From the UHGV virus genome UHGV-0368231: DNA of 44,863 nt; one strand, written 5' to 3'. The translations under genes were made by a program, and so were the position numbers. Below the pieces are notes generated by a model. That model was not told where the DNA came from. It saw only the letters and a program-made list of their open reading frames with translations, and did no database searches. Below, piece after piece: positions 10,490 to 20,467 of this stretch (position 1 is its first letter; each line of letters starts with the position of its first letter). The DNA comes from a virus.

Positions 10490-10787
10490 TCCATCTTAGT
10501 TTTCTGAATGGTTTTAAATGGTTATATGTCGCTTCAGGCATTTCAGTTACAAAAGTATAGCTAACCGTACCCATAGAACGTGATGAGATATTGCCGTTTG
10601 CACTATATTTAATACATTCAGCAATAAATTTCTCAACGCCAGTAGGCAAATGTTTAATGTCAAAAGTTTGGTTGCAATATTCTTCCGCTAACTTCAAATA
10701 CTTTGGGATAAGCATATCTATTTCATCATCATGTGAAGTGTCATCAACAGGCGTTTGGTTGAGCATTTTTACATCAAGTGCATCCAT
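10473..10787 (-). CDS. Head-tail connector (gp6/gp15-like DNA packaging protein)
   Basis: 104 aa acidic protein that follows the capsid genes. Confidence 0.5.
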   Translation of the reverse strand: MDALDVKMLNQTPVDDTSHDDEIDMLIPKYLKLAEEYCNQTFDIKHLPTGVEKFIAECIKYSANGNISSRSMGTVSYTFVTEMPEATYNHLKPFRKLRWSGYHV

Positions 10788-11080
10788 TATTCTGCACCTT
10801 CTAATGCGTCGATAAGTTCAGACTTTTTCATATGAGAAAAGCCTTCAATATCACGCTCTTTAGCCAACTCTTTCAACTCTGATGCTTTCATATCAGAATA
10901 GTTAGTTTGCTCTTCTACGCGCTCTATTAAAGGCTTGTTTTGACGGTTATTATCAGTGGATAATTCAGTTAATCGTTCTTTACTTACGGTTAACCCTTCG
11001 CGCGGAAATGGGTCACCTACATTGTAGGCATATTCGTTATCCTGTAAGTCTGTAAAATACTTGATTACTTTATACGTCAC
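10787..11080 (-). CDS. Head protein with Rho-N-like C-terminal domain
   Basis: The C-terminal KASELKELAKERDIEGFSHMKKSELIDAL resembles the Rho termination factor N-terminal / SAP-like motif. Confidence 0.5.
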   Translation of the reverse strand: MTYKVIKYFTDLQDNEYAYNVGDPFPREGLTVSKERLTELSTDNNRQNKPLIERVEEQTNYSDMKASELKELAKERDIEGFSHMKKSELIDALEGAE

Positions 11081-11093
11081 TATTAATCACTCC

Positions 11094-11915
11094 TTATGCT
11101 CCAGTGCCAGCACCTTTAGTAATCTTAACTGCTTTACTTTCATCGTAAAGGTAAGCTACATAATGTTTATCACTGTATAAATAAGTTGTTTTAGTTGAAG
11201 GGTCACGGTCTGGTTCTAAGAAGAAATCACGTTTAGTGATTAGTTTAACAGCACCTTTTTTAGCTAAAATAGCTTCTCCTTCGTTTAATTTTTTAGAACG
11301 TACAATGATAGCACCTAAGGCCTCACCAAACGCACCTTTAACGATAATATCGTCACCTAATTGTGTTGCGCGAGTGAAGTTTTCAGATGCACTAGCACGT
11401 AATTTACCAGCATCTTTAGGATTTACAAATAAAACCATTGGTTCTAAATCTTCATCTTCAAATTTATCAATTGCAGTTTCTAAACCAGCCAATGTACCCA
11501 CATCTGCACTAACTGTTAATTTTGTACCTCTTAAAGCTTCTAGCACATCGTCATCAACTTTGTTTGCAATAGCCAAACCATGTTGACGTACTGCCTCGCC
11601 TTGAGGGTCTCCGTAACCTGATAGTAAAGCCTCATCTGTGATATGTGTACCTTTACCAATTTTATGAATTTTAGCCTCACGTTTGTTTGTTTCGATTTTG
11701 TCTACTGGAATTTTTTCACCTTCCGGTACGACTGTTGCATCTCCACTGTATACAAACGCAGGGAATGTGATTGTATCTCCGGGTTGTCCTACTAATGTAT
11801 TATCAATTTCTGCAAAAGATGCTAAACGTAATTTTTTATCTAATTCAGCTTGCATCATTGGCGCTAATACTTCAGGTACGATTTGCGTACTTAATGTTGT
11901 TGTTCCTTGAGCCAT
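11094..11915 (-). CDS. Major capsid protein
   Basis: 273 aa after the scaffold gene, with a strong RBS. Confidence 0.85.
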   Translation of the reverse strand: MAQGTTTLSTQIVPEVLAPMMQAELDKKLRLASFAEIDNTLVGQPGDTITFPAFVYSGDATVVPEGEKIPVDKIETNKREAKIHKIGKGTHITDEALLSGYGDPQGEAVRQHGLAIANKVDDDVLEALRGTKLTVSADVGTLAGLETAIDKFEDEDLEPMVLFVNPKDAGKLRASASENFTRATQLGDDIIVKGAFGEALGAIIVRSKKLNEGEAILAKKGAVKLITKRDFFLEPDRDPSTKTTYLYSDKHYVAYLYDESKAVKITKGAGTGA

Positions 11916-11936
11916 GTTATAACCTCTTTCTTAATA

Positions 11937-12527
11937 TTATTCGACTAATTTGTCGTAAGTAGCACGATCGTTAATAAACAATTCGGTACGTTCCGCGACG
12001 CTCATGCTGTCGAATTGTTCTTTTGTAATGCCTGTTTGCATCGTTTCGCCGTCTGCAGGTTTATTACCTACCGGCTTGTTATCGGCAAATAAATAAGGTT
12101 TAGCCTCTTTAAGCGTTTCAATAGCTTTATCTAAACCTTTTACAGTGCCATCGTCTTGCAATTCCAACTCATCTTTGTTGATGAAAGCTAGAATGTCGTC
12201 AGCATCATTTGCCTCTTTAGCAACGGCCAACTTAACAGCGTTATTCAGTTGTGATTGTTTGTACTTATCCTGCCACTCTGCATTACTTTGTTTTACTTCT
12301 TCGAGTTCTTTTTGCAACTCGCTATCATCTTTCACAGAGTTTTGTAATTCGACAATTTGATTGTCACGGTTAGTAATTTCGGCTTTAAGTTCCTCGATTT
12401 CTGCGTTTTTATCATTTAAACGTGAACGTGGAACCATTCCAGATTTACTTTCATCAATAGCATCAATTACTTTTTGTTTATCGATTTCACCGTCTTTAAA
12501 TTGTCCTAACAATGCGTATAAATCCAT
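11937..12527 (-). CDS. Scaffolding protein
   Basis: 196 aa, highly charged coiled-coil protein immediately upstream of the capsid gene. Confidence 0.8.
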   Translation of the reverse strand: MDLYALLGQFKDGEIDKQKVIDAIDESKSGMVPRSRLNDKNAEIEELKAEITNRDNQIVELQNSVKDDSELQKELEEVKQSNAEWQDKYKQSQLNNAVKLAVAKEANDADDILAFINKDELELQDDGTVKGLDKAIETLKEAKPYLFADNKPVGNKPADGETMQTGITKEQFDSMSVAERTELFINDRATYDKLVE

Positions 12528-12624
12528 GTCTAAATACTCCTTTTACGTTTTTAACGTGTTACGACACGAAAGATTTGTATAAAAAAAGAAGCCTTTTAAC
12601 GACGGTGCTAAGGTCGAGTGATTA

Positions 12625-13581
12625 CTATTTGCGTTTATTCTTCTCCCACTCACGATATGTCATGAATGGTATAACGCCTTCTTCTTTCGTTCTCATGACG
12701 GTAGGTAATTCATCTTCATCAAAGTAATATAATAATTTACATCGACAATTAATATTCTCTTTGGCACTAGCCACACCTACAAACAATTTAGGCGCTTGTC
12801 CGACACAACCAGATGAATGAAAGTTATCATCAATATCAACCGCTTTTCCATCTAAATGACGATGTGTATCACGTGTGCGTGTATCTTTTGTAGCAGACCA
12901 ACGTTTCTTCATGTCTAATCCGTTATCTTTAGCAACTAATGCACTATCTAGTCCGGCTTGTGACATTGCTCTACCTGCCTCTGTACGTGCTACACGTTGT
13001 GATTGTGCTTTCGTCATACCTATATCATCACGTAACGCTTTAGCTATCTTAGAATAACCTTCACCACTCATAATGCCTTGTGTGATGTGTATACGTATCT
13101 TTTTAAGCACTTCATCGCGATGCTTTTGTAATGTAGGCACCAATTTAATAAACTCAATTGGTTGCTCGATTGCTTTGTTGATTACAGACGCAGTAGGCAC
13201 ATCAAACTGCATAGATGTTTGACTAGCCATTTCATATAAATAAAGGCTCATCAAAAACTTTTCAATATAAGCGTTTTGTTGTGTCTGACGGATAGTTTTA
13301 GCAACTTCTCTGTAATCTTCCGTCAACATCTCGCCTATTCTGATAAGTTCTTTATTGAGCCTGTTGTACTTATTAAATTCAGTCCACGTAACATGTACGT
13401 CGTCTGATTGATACTTTTCAAACATATCTGCTATTTCTTGTTGTATTTGTTTTAATCTACGTGAGAATAGTATTTCTAATTCGCTTTCTGCTCGTTTGAT
13501 TAGTTGGTCGATATAGTTATCAATGTCATTCTGGTTGTTTATCTTCGGATTGCTTTTGTTCTGGTTGTTCTTGCTCGCCAT
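12625..13581 (-). CDS. Minor head protein (Mu F / SPP1 gp7-like head morphogenesis)
   Basis: 318 aa following the portal. It overlaps the portal 3' end. Confidence 0.7.
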   Translation of the reverse strand: MASKNNQNKSNPKINNQNDIDNYIDQLIKRAESELEILFSRRLKQIQQEIADMFEKYQSDDVHVTWTEFNKYNRLNKELIRIGEMLTEDYREVAKTIRQTQQNAYIEKFLMSLYLYEMASQTSMQFDVPTASVINKAIEQPIEFIKLVPTLQKHRDEVLKKIRIHITQGIMSGEGYSKIAKALRDDIGMTKAQSQRVARTEAGRAMSQAGLDSALVAKDNGLDMKKRWSATKDTRTRDTHRHLDGKAVDIDDNFHSSGCVGQAPKLFVGVASAKENINCRCKLLYYFDEDELPTVMRTKEEGVIPFMTYREWEKNKRK

Positions 13582-14962
13582 TCACAGCACCTCCGTCATC
13601 GATATCTGGCAACTGTCGGTTATATTCCATTTGCTCTTGGTCAATGCGTTCCAATTCAGCTGTTGGATCATCTACCCACGGGTGGTGCTTAACAATCGTT
13701 TCTTTAGACAATATACCAGTCGATTGTACGGCAATTTGAGAGCTTTCTAAATCGTTCATCATTCTGTTAAGACTAAACGTAATTTCGATGTCTTTCGGAT
13801 CTATCTTCAATTTGTAAAAATCGACGATAAACTCAATCAACTCTTGAATAGCAACAGTGGCTTTATTCTTTAGCTTGTTCGCTTTCAAATCTAAATTACC
13901 GTATAAAAATTTGAGCGCTATACCACTAGGTGCAGAGCCGAATTTATCTGTTTGGAAGTCGACCCCCTGGCCAAACTCCATAATATTCTGACGCATCATA
14001 TCAAGATATTCTTTTGTACTAGCGACTGGCACCTCAACTTGTATCGTTTCAACACCACCTTCGCTATCTACATTGATTGCTTTGTAGTATTTTAAGCCTT
14101 GCATAAACTCTTTAAGGTTCTCGCCCTCGTAACCACGTAAAATGTAGATTAACTCTGCACTCTCATCAAACATGTTTTGCGTATCAGATAAACGTTTATC
14201 GATAGCATCAATAATCGTTTTGTATTGCCAAATATCAGATACCTCTTCTGAGTTATTTTTGAATGGAATAAATGGCACGCGACCCCAACTGCCAGTTGAG
14301 AAGTGCGTTTGCTTGTTGTTCTCACCATAGTAGTAATCGTTGATTAATGACCCATTCTCATACACATAGTATGTAACATCAGTATCGGTCCAATACTCTA
14401 CTTTAGTTTCATCATTTAATTTAAACACACGTATAAAAGCTTGTAGTGTATCTCTCTTGCTATCAGTCCAAATCGGTATAGATTGCTCGGCAGGTACTCT
14501 GAACAGCTTAAAATCACCATTCTCATCAATATATGGTTGGACCCACTCAACGCCTTTATTGCTTGCAGCGGTGAGTACATCGATCAATTCATTATCCCAA
14601 CGATTATCTAGCACCTGGTGTATCGTATCTAGTACCTTTTCGTTCTCGCATGAGTAACTAACTGGGTTTGTAACAAGATATGCTACTTTTTGGTCAACTA
14701 AATTTTGATGATAGTTAGTAGTAATACGCCAATCTGGTTTATCTATGTCGAGATTACCGTCTAAGTCATATTTATACTTTTGTCTGTAAATGTCATTATC
14801 TTTATCGTAATAGCGTTGTCCTGTTGATATGCGTTCAATATCCTTCTGATGATTTTGTACTAATCGCACAATCATCTCTTCCTGCGTTTCAACTTTAGGC
14901 GCTAACTGTTCTGTTATTTCTTCGTAATATGGTTTTTCCCATGGCCAACGAATAGTAATCAC
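13526..14962 (-). CDS. Portal protein
   Basis: 478 aa immediately after terL, with an acidic C-terminal tail. Confidence 0.85.
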   Translation of the reverse strand: MITIRWPWEKPYYEEITEQLAPKVETQEEMIVRLVQNHQKDIERISTGQRYYDKDNDIYRQKYKYDLDGNLDIDKPDWRITTNYHQNLVDQKVAYLVTNPVSYSCENEKVLDTIHQVLDNRWDNELIDVLTAASNKGVEWVQPYIDENGDFKLFRVPAEQSIPIWTDSKRDTLQAFIRVFKLNDETKVEYWTDTDVTYYVYENGSLINDYYYGENNKQTHFSTGSWGRVPFIPFKNNSEEVSDIWQYKTIIDAIDKRLSDTQNMFDESAELIYILRGYEGENLKEFMQGLKYYKAINVDSEGGVETIQVEVPVASTKEYLDMMRQNIMEFGQGVDFQTDKFGSAPSGIALKFLYGNLDLKANKLKNKATVAIQELIEFIVDFYKLKIDPKDIEITFSLNRMMNDLESSQIAVQSTGILSKETIVKHHPWVDDPTAELERIDQEQMEYNRQLPDIDDGGAVNGEQEQPEQKQSEDKQPE

Positions 14963-16234
14963 CTACCTTAATATATTCATATGGTTTTGACGCATATCAC
15001 GTTCTAATGCGTAACGTGTAGCATCAATCGTATGGTTGTCTTTATCTTCTAATCTTGGTTTGACGTTACCGTCTTTGTCTGTTTCGTAATCAATATTTTC
15101 AAATTCTCTTGCTATATTAGGTGTACGTGTTGGATCAATCACAATAGCGTCTAAATCATCAAGCCATTGTTCCCCATGTTCCACGCTATCCGGACCTTTC
15201 TTAACACCTTTAATACGTCTGATGCCATGTTCTTGCTTTAACTCTGCAATCGACTTAGGCTCTGCACTATCTGCGTATATCTCATCAGATTGATAACCTT
15301 TCTTCTTCAACCAATTACCAAACTCCCTATTGCTTATCTGCACGCCATAGTGTTCATCAACTGCGTAGATAATACGTTTCTTTTTATCATAATGCCAACG
15401 TACAAAAGCTAAAGGGTCAGTAGCATAACCAAAGTCGACTGCGTTACGGATATTATCGAATGAGTTATATAAGTCGTCTGGTATCTTTTCGATACGCAGA
15501 TTGTTAAACGGTACAACACCACTACCAATCGCCTCACCTAAATACTCCCAGCGATACCTTAATTCATTACGTTGTTTAGCACTCTCTGCCTCTTGTATAA
15601 ACTGTTTAGATATAAAAGGGTTATTCAAGTAAGTTGAGTGATGTACAAAGGTATTATCTGGTTGGAATGACGTTTCATATTTCTTGTTTGCCCAGTGTTG
15701 TTTACGCTTTGCCGGGTTATACGAGAAATAGAATTTGTAGAATAAGCCTTCGTCTAACTCTCCACGTAACATTGAGTTGGTAATAGTAGTCACTTCATCT
15801 TCTGTTTTAAATTCGCCCAATTCTTCTATCCACATAATAGAAAAAGGGAACCGACTATCTTTTAACGATTTTAATCGTTCAGGGTTCTGCGCCCCTCTGA
15901 AGATAATTCTGTTCCCTCTTGGTATAAATGTGATTTCCATTGGCGATACTTTAATTTTGAACAAGTGAGATACTTTCTGTTCTTCTATCGCCCATTTTAT
16001 CTGTTCAAATACAGATGTTGCTAATGTGTTATCTGTTTTACGCACAACTACGGCATTCATTGGATAACGCATAATCAGTTGAGTAATGATGATGGATATA
16101 TCAGACGACTTACCACTACCACGCCCACCTTTCGCTACTACATTGAGTATGTTAGGGTTCTTAGTTGCTCGCCATAAATCATGAAAGTGCTTAGGTATCA
16201 AATCTGCAATATCTAAATTAATTGGTGCTGTCAT
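14963..16234 (-). CDS. terL: Terminase large subunit
   Basis: Walker A motif KGGRGSGKS, with the nuclease acidic motifs in the C-terminal half. 423 aa. Confidence 0.9.
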   Translation of the reverse strand: MTAPINLDIADLIPKHFHDLWRATKNPNILNVVAKGGRGSGKSSDISIIITQLIMRYPMNAVVVRKTDNTLATSVFEQIKWAIEEQKVSHLFKIKVSPMEITFIPRGNRIIFRGAQNPERLKSLKDSRFPFSIMWIEELGEFKTEDEVTTITNSMLRGELDEGLFYKFYFSYNPAKRKQHWANKKYETSFQPDNTFVHHSTYLNNPFISKQFIQEAESAKQRNELRYRWEYLGEAIGSGVVPFNNLRIEKIPDDLYNSFDNIRNAVDFGYATDPLAFVRWHYDKKKRIIYAVDEHYGVQISNREFGNWLKKKGYQSDEIYADSAEPKSIAELKQEHGIRRIKGVKKGPDSVEHGEQWLDDLDAIVIDPTRTPNIAREFENIDYETDKDGNVKPRLEDKDNHTIDATRYALERDMRQNHMNILR

Positions 16235-16598
16235 GGAAAATTACCGTCGCATTCGTTTCAATTTCTTGTTTATCAACTGGGTTATAACCAGAACGATCAA
16301 GTATATCTTTTGCAGCTTGAAATCTTACCAATTCACTTCTGGCATTTAGCAACTTTGTCATGGTTAAAAGTGCTTGTGGTGTTTTCTCGCTAAGATAGTA
16401 AGCTTGATAACCTTTCAAACCTAGCTGATACTCTTCTTTTTTCTTCCATCTGCTAATCGTAGTAGTGTCAATGCCGATTTTTTTGGCGATAGTTTTATCT
16501 GTTTGCCCTGTTTCGTTCTTTATTTCTATATACTTCTGCTGTTTTTCGCTCAACTTTAAAAAGTCGTCAAAATTAGCATTGTTTAGCATTTTCGTCAT
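16218..16598 (-). CDS. terS: Terminase small subunit (HTH)
   Basis: 126 aa, overlaps terL. HTH-like KTIAKKIGIDTTTISRW. Confidence 0.8.
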   Translation of the reverse strand: MTKMLNNANFDDFLKLSEKQQKYIEIKNETGQTDKTIAKKIGIDTTTISRWKKKEEYQLGLKGYQAYYLSEKTPQALLTMTKLLNARSELVRFQAAKDILDRSGYNPVDKQEIETNATVIFHDSTN

Positions 16599-16910
16599 CT
16601 TATGCTACCACCTACTTTACGTTAAATACTCTTTAAATTTGTAATAAAAAAAGACTACCAGAGTTTCTCTCGAATAGTCATATGGGAGGTAATTAATAAT
16701 GCAAAATCAAGTTTATCCAGAAAGGAGAAAAGTACCTACCCAACGGATAGGCACTCAAGCAATCAGTGGATGGCCACTACGACCATTACCAAACTTAATC
16801 ACTTTTGTTGAGAACTAACCAGCTACCTCAAAACGAGGGTTCGTGTGGAAAGTTCTTACAGTATCATAATAACGACTTTTCGCGCGGACTTATACGTCTT
16901 TCAAGTCCAT

Positions 16911-17327
16911 CTACACGTAACCAATTAATTCAGCTAACTTATTAATCATTGCGTTACGTCGTCTTAATATGCTCGATTTACTTGTCCCAAAGTATTCAGC
17001 TAAGTCTTCCCACTCGTAACAACCAATAGGACATTCCCAGTATCGTTTGTTAATCATATCAAGCGTATCTTCATCAGCTTCTTCTACTAACTTATCAACG
17101 CCATTAACAATATTACTCAACATGACATATCGTTTGTTACTCAACTTCTTAATCGTCTGACGTTCAATCGGATTACCGGGTAGATTACTTTTCCCGGCAC
17201 CTACATTCTCTGGTTCATGGTTTTCTAGCAATTCATACTCACAAACCTTTAATTCCTTACGATAACGTTCTACATGTTGGATATATTCTTCTAACTTTCT
17301 AATATCATGACGTTCAATCGTTATCAC
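16911..17327 (-). CDS. rinA: Late-gene transcriptional activator, RinA/ArpU family
   Basis: 138 aa. The C-terminal SSILRRRNAMINKLAELIG resembles the RinA-family C-terminus. It sits just upstream of the packaging module. Confidence 0.6.
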   Translation of the reverse strand: MITIERHDIRKLEEYIQHVERYRKELKVCEYELLENHEPENVGAGKSNLPGNPIERQTIKKLSNKRYVMLSNIVNGVDKLVEEADEDTLDMINKRYWECPIGCYEWEDLAEYFGTSKSSILRRRNAMINKLAELIGYV

Positions 17328-17397
17328 TTCCGTTCCCCCTTACTCTTTATACATATCCATACTAGGTATACAATAGGTATTAATACTATCCACCAAG

Positions 17398-17844
17398 TCA
17401 TTCAACCACCTCTAAATTAGGTTTGTGTTGTAATACTTTCCCACCCAAAATACGCGCATCTTCTTTAGCTGATCCTAAATTTTTATACGATAAAGCTTCA
17501 AATACATTATCAGTTATAATATATGTGTCTCTATAAGAATTTATATGTTTTTTTGCTAAATATACTTCGTCTTTTAACTCAACCACGTATTTTCCTAAGG
17601 TGCGTTTATTATCTTTATCTTCCATTTCAACTGACTTTCTTTGTATGTGCGTCCTATCATCTATCAAGTCTGTCTTTCGATTGTTACGCAATTGATTATT
17701 TATCCGTGTATTCTCATTCCACGTTTTTATCATGATGTCATAATATCTTTTCGCTTTCTGTTCTGCCCTTACCCATTTATACGTTGATACCGCCCACATT
17801 ATAGACAAAATAGTTATTGCAATTAATAGTGGCCATTCCATCAT
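17398..17844 (-). CDS. Membrane-anchored hypothetical protein
   Basis: 148 aa with an N-terminal TM helix. Confidence 0.4.
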   Translation of the reverse strand: MMEWPLLIAITILSIMWAVSTYKWVRAEQKAKRYYDIMIKTWNENTRINNQLRNNRKTDLIDDRTHIQRKSVEMEDKDNKRTLGKYVVELKDEVYLAKKHINSYRDTYIITDNVFEALSYKNLGSAKEDARILGGKVLQHKPNLEVVE

Positions 17845-18023
17845 TCACTCACCTCATCGTTCAAATGGGTATGATCATACTCATTAAAATCTTGTGGCGC
17901 TTGTTCCACCTCATCTTGCTTATATTTGTAGTAATCAATAACTACATTAGTGAGATACTTCCCTAACTCGTACATAGCGATGGTAAACCAAATCTTTAAT
18001 ATGCGTTTAATCATTCTGTTCAC
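17841..18023 (-). CDS. Hypothetical protein
   Basis: 60 aa ORF, overlap-coupled to its neighbours. Confidence 0.3.
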   Translation of the reverse strand: MNRMIKRILKIWFTIAMYELGKYLTNVVIDYYKYKQDEVEQAPQDFNEYDHTHLNDEVSE

Positions 18024-18343
18024 TCACTTTCTTCTTAGCTTCTTCCTTATCCTCTGCCTCTACCAACGTCATACGCTCATTCTCTCTAGGTTGTTCTACA
18101 TTTATATGCACATGACCTGTGCTATCTGTGAACTCTCTGATTAGGAATTGTGGCATAGTATCACCAACTCACTCTTTCTAATCGTTTCTGATAATATGGC
18201 AAAGTATCATAGAACTCTCTAGCCTCTGTTTTCCAATAAAATCTTTTACCATGTGATTTACCGTCATCATCAACCCATAAGACGTTCCACTCGCTCATAC
18301 TAAATGTATCTGAGATATCTTGAATTAGTCCTAACATTCCCTC

Positions 18344-18583
18344 TCACTCCTTAAGAAACATTTTAATTTTGCCTATAAACATAAATGCCAATAACACCAT
18401 CAAGGTAGATAACAAATGATATTTTAGTGCCAACCCTGTAGTTGTAATAAGAATGAATAACAATATTATTTTATAAATGGCTTCATGCTTCGCTTTATCA
18501 GTTTCCATATATCTATCAAACACTGCACTAAAAACCCCGTATGCAAGTCCTATAAAAATTAAGATGTAAAAGTCTTCGCTCAC
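18344..18583 (-). CDS. Small membrane protein (2 TM)
   Basis: 79 aa hydrophobic protein. Confidence 0.4.
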   Translation of the reverse strand: MSEDFYILIFIGLAYGVFSAVFDRYMETDKAKHEAIYKIILLFILITTTGLALKYHLLSTLMVLLAFMFIGKIKMFLKE

Positions 18584-18619
18584 TTCCCCAACACTTCCTT
18601 TACACGTTCTAGAATATCT

Positions 18620-19141
18620 TTAGTACCCTGTACTTCCGAAGCCGTCTGTCCCTCTCTCTGACACATTGCTAAACTCCTTTACTTCTTTTAATTCCGGCGT
18701 CCAAATAGGTACGATAACGAGTTGTGCGAGTTTGTCGCCTTTTTTAATTTTGTAACAGCTAGGTTGAAAGAATAAACCTATCTCTTCCCCTTTAATATTA
18801 TTCAATCCATACATATAATTTGTAGTAAACGCTTTAGGTTTAACTTTTATAGATTTTTCTATATCATTCTTAATATTAATCTTCATATTACCTTGAAAAC
18901 CTGCGTCTATCTTGCCTGTTTCAATCACTAAATGTGTTTTACTACTTACACCACTTCTTGATGTTAATAGCCCTACATACCCCTCTGGAATGTTCACAGC
19001 AATATCTGTTCTAATCGTTGCTTTCTCCTGTGGCTCAAGTATCACTGTTTCTGCTGCGAAGATGTCATACCCTGCATCTAAACGTCCACGTTCTGGTTCA
19101 GTTGCGTCTTTTGATAACATTTTGAATTCTAATGTGTTCAT
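18620..19141 (-). CDS. dut: dUTPase (trimeric Dut)
   Basis: Motifs RSGVSSK, ETGKIDAGFQG and the C-terminal FGSTG. RBS GGAGG. Confidence 0.9.
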   Translation of the reverse strand: MNTLEFKMLSKDATEPERGRLDAGYDIFAAETVILEPQEKATIRTDIAVNIPEGYVGLLTSRSGVSSKTHLVIETGKIDAGFQGNMKINIKNDIEKSIKVKPKAFTTNYMYGLNNIKGEEIGLFFQPSCYKIKKGDKLAQLVIVPIWTPELKEVKEFSNVSERGTDGFGSTGY

Positions 19142-19376
19142 TTATTGTTCCTCCAATATTTGAATTAATTGAACGTTGTACCATTCTTGAAAAACGTTCA
19201 CTTTCTGCTTTTGTATCAACTATTTGATATCTGTAATTCAACGCAGGTGCTACTGGTGGTTTAAGTGGCGACTGCTTAATAACTACTTTTTGTTCGCCGA
19301 CCAATGTATAAAAACTACCACCATTCAATAAGCTGAGTAAGTCATTTTCATCTAGGTATATAGTTTCTTCACTCAT
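19098..19376 (-). CDS. Hypothetical protein
   Basis: ~92 aa from an internal start after RBS GGGAG. It overlaps the dut start by 44 nt. Confidence 0.35.
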   Translation of the reverse strand: MSEETIYLDENDLLSLLNGGSFYTLVGEQKVVIKQSPLKPPVAPALNYRYQIVDTKAESERFSRMVQRSINSNIGGTINEHIRIQNVIKRRN

Positions 19377-19632
19377 CACTACCACGCTCCCTAATAATGT
19401 CCAAATAGCGTTCATAAACTTTAGCTGCACCATTAAAACCATGTTTTCTATTTGCATTAGCCGAAGTTTCAAACATTTCTTCTAACTTATCTAATATTTC
19501 TGCCTTCCTTTTCACATTCCGCATATCATTGATGAGTTCATCACGTTGTTTCTTGTAAGCGTCGCGTTCTCTTTTTGCTTTCTTCAATCTAGCATCCATA
19601 ACATCAGCTACAAACTTAGCTTCTGCGTTCAT
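19369..19632 (-). CDS. Hypothetical coiled-coil protein
   Basis: 87 aa, charged. Confidence 0.4.
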   Translation of the reverse strand: MNAEAKFVADVMDARLKKAKRERDAYKKQRDELINDMRNVKRKAEILDKLEEMFETSANANRKHGFNGAAKVYERYLDIIRERGSDE

Positions 19633-19989
19633 TTAATCGTCCTCATTCCATTTAGAATTCTCTTTCAATAGCCCTGCGTCCCTTAGATCATCATTCAAAC
19701 TACGTTGCCCGTCCTCGTACCATACATTAGCAAGATACCTACCAAATACATCGCTCTTGTACGTCTGAACGTAGATATCTTTATGTTCTACACATTCTCT
19801 AGTGAACGCTGTTGCCTCTTTAAACTTATCCTGTCCTCTCTCTGGCGTATCGACACCTAGCAAACGTACACGACGTTTAGCGTAGGTATCAAAGCCATAG
19901 TCAAGTAAGATATCCAAAGTGTCTCCATCCACAACATTGGTGCATGTTGCTTTGTAGGTGTATAGATTGTTGATGTCTATCGTAAACAC
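19633..19989 (-). CDS. Staphylococcal-nuclease (SNase/thermonuclease)-like protein
   Basis: VVDGDTL ... RLLGVDTPE matches SNc catalytic-site motifs. Confidence 0.6.
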   Translation of the reverse strand: MFTIDINNLYTYKATCTNVVDGDTLDILLDYGFDTYAKRRVRLLGVDTPERGQDKFKEATAFTRECVEHKDIYVQTYKSDVFGRYLANVWYEDGQRSLNDDLRDAGLLKENSKWNEDD

Positions 19990-20019
19990 TCCCTGTTTAT
20001 TGATTTAGTAGTTTTGCAC

Positions 20020-20283
20020 TCAACTTTTTAACTCATCTATATGTTTTTTTACATCTTGAGGAGATAACCCATCTTTTTCAGGTATCCATGCAAGCGTTCC
20101 ATGTCCTCCAAAATGCACTACTGTCTTTTTGTTTCCAATAAACCATTCAGCAGCTGCTTTCATAACATCATCAGTAGCAATACGTCTATTTCTTAGATTC
20201 ATAGTCCCATCATCATTTATACGTGCCATATAAATATCTCCACTCATTAATGCATATACTAATTCGATTTTTTCATAAGCCAT
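20020..20283 (-). CDS. Hypothetical protein
   Basis: 87 aa. Confidence 0.4.
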   Translation of the reverse strand: MAYEKIELVYALMSGDIYMARINDDGTMNLRNRRIATDDVMKAAAEWFIGNKKTVVHFGGHGTLAWIPEKDGLSPQDVKKHIDELKS

Positions 20284-20467
20284 TTCTCATACACTCCCTA
20301 TTTTTTCTTGTATTTTCTTTTTCTACTTTCATCGTCACTCTACTTCCTGCTACCTTAACCACAAAACCTTTGACACCTAACTCACGTAACTCATGCTGTA
20401 TTTGTGTAGGTGTCTTGCCTTGTGTAGCATAGCGATAGCGTTGGTTGATTGTATCGCTAAGTATCAT
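20273..20467 (-). CDS. Hypothetical protein
   Basis: 64 aa. Confidence 0.3.
   Translation of the reverse strand: MILSDTINQRYRYATQGKTPTQIQHELRELGVKGFVVKVAGSRVTMKVEKENTRKNRECMRNGL

Noticed and set aside
16599-16910. tRNA or other structured RNA gene in the rinA-terS gap
   Set aside because: No cloverleaf-compatible arrangement of stems was found. There is only a single 6-bp hairpin.
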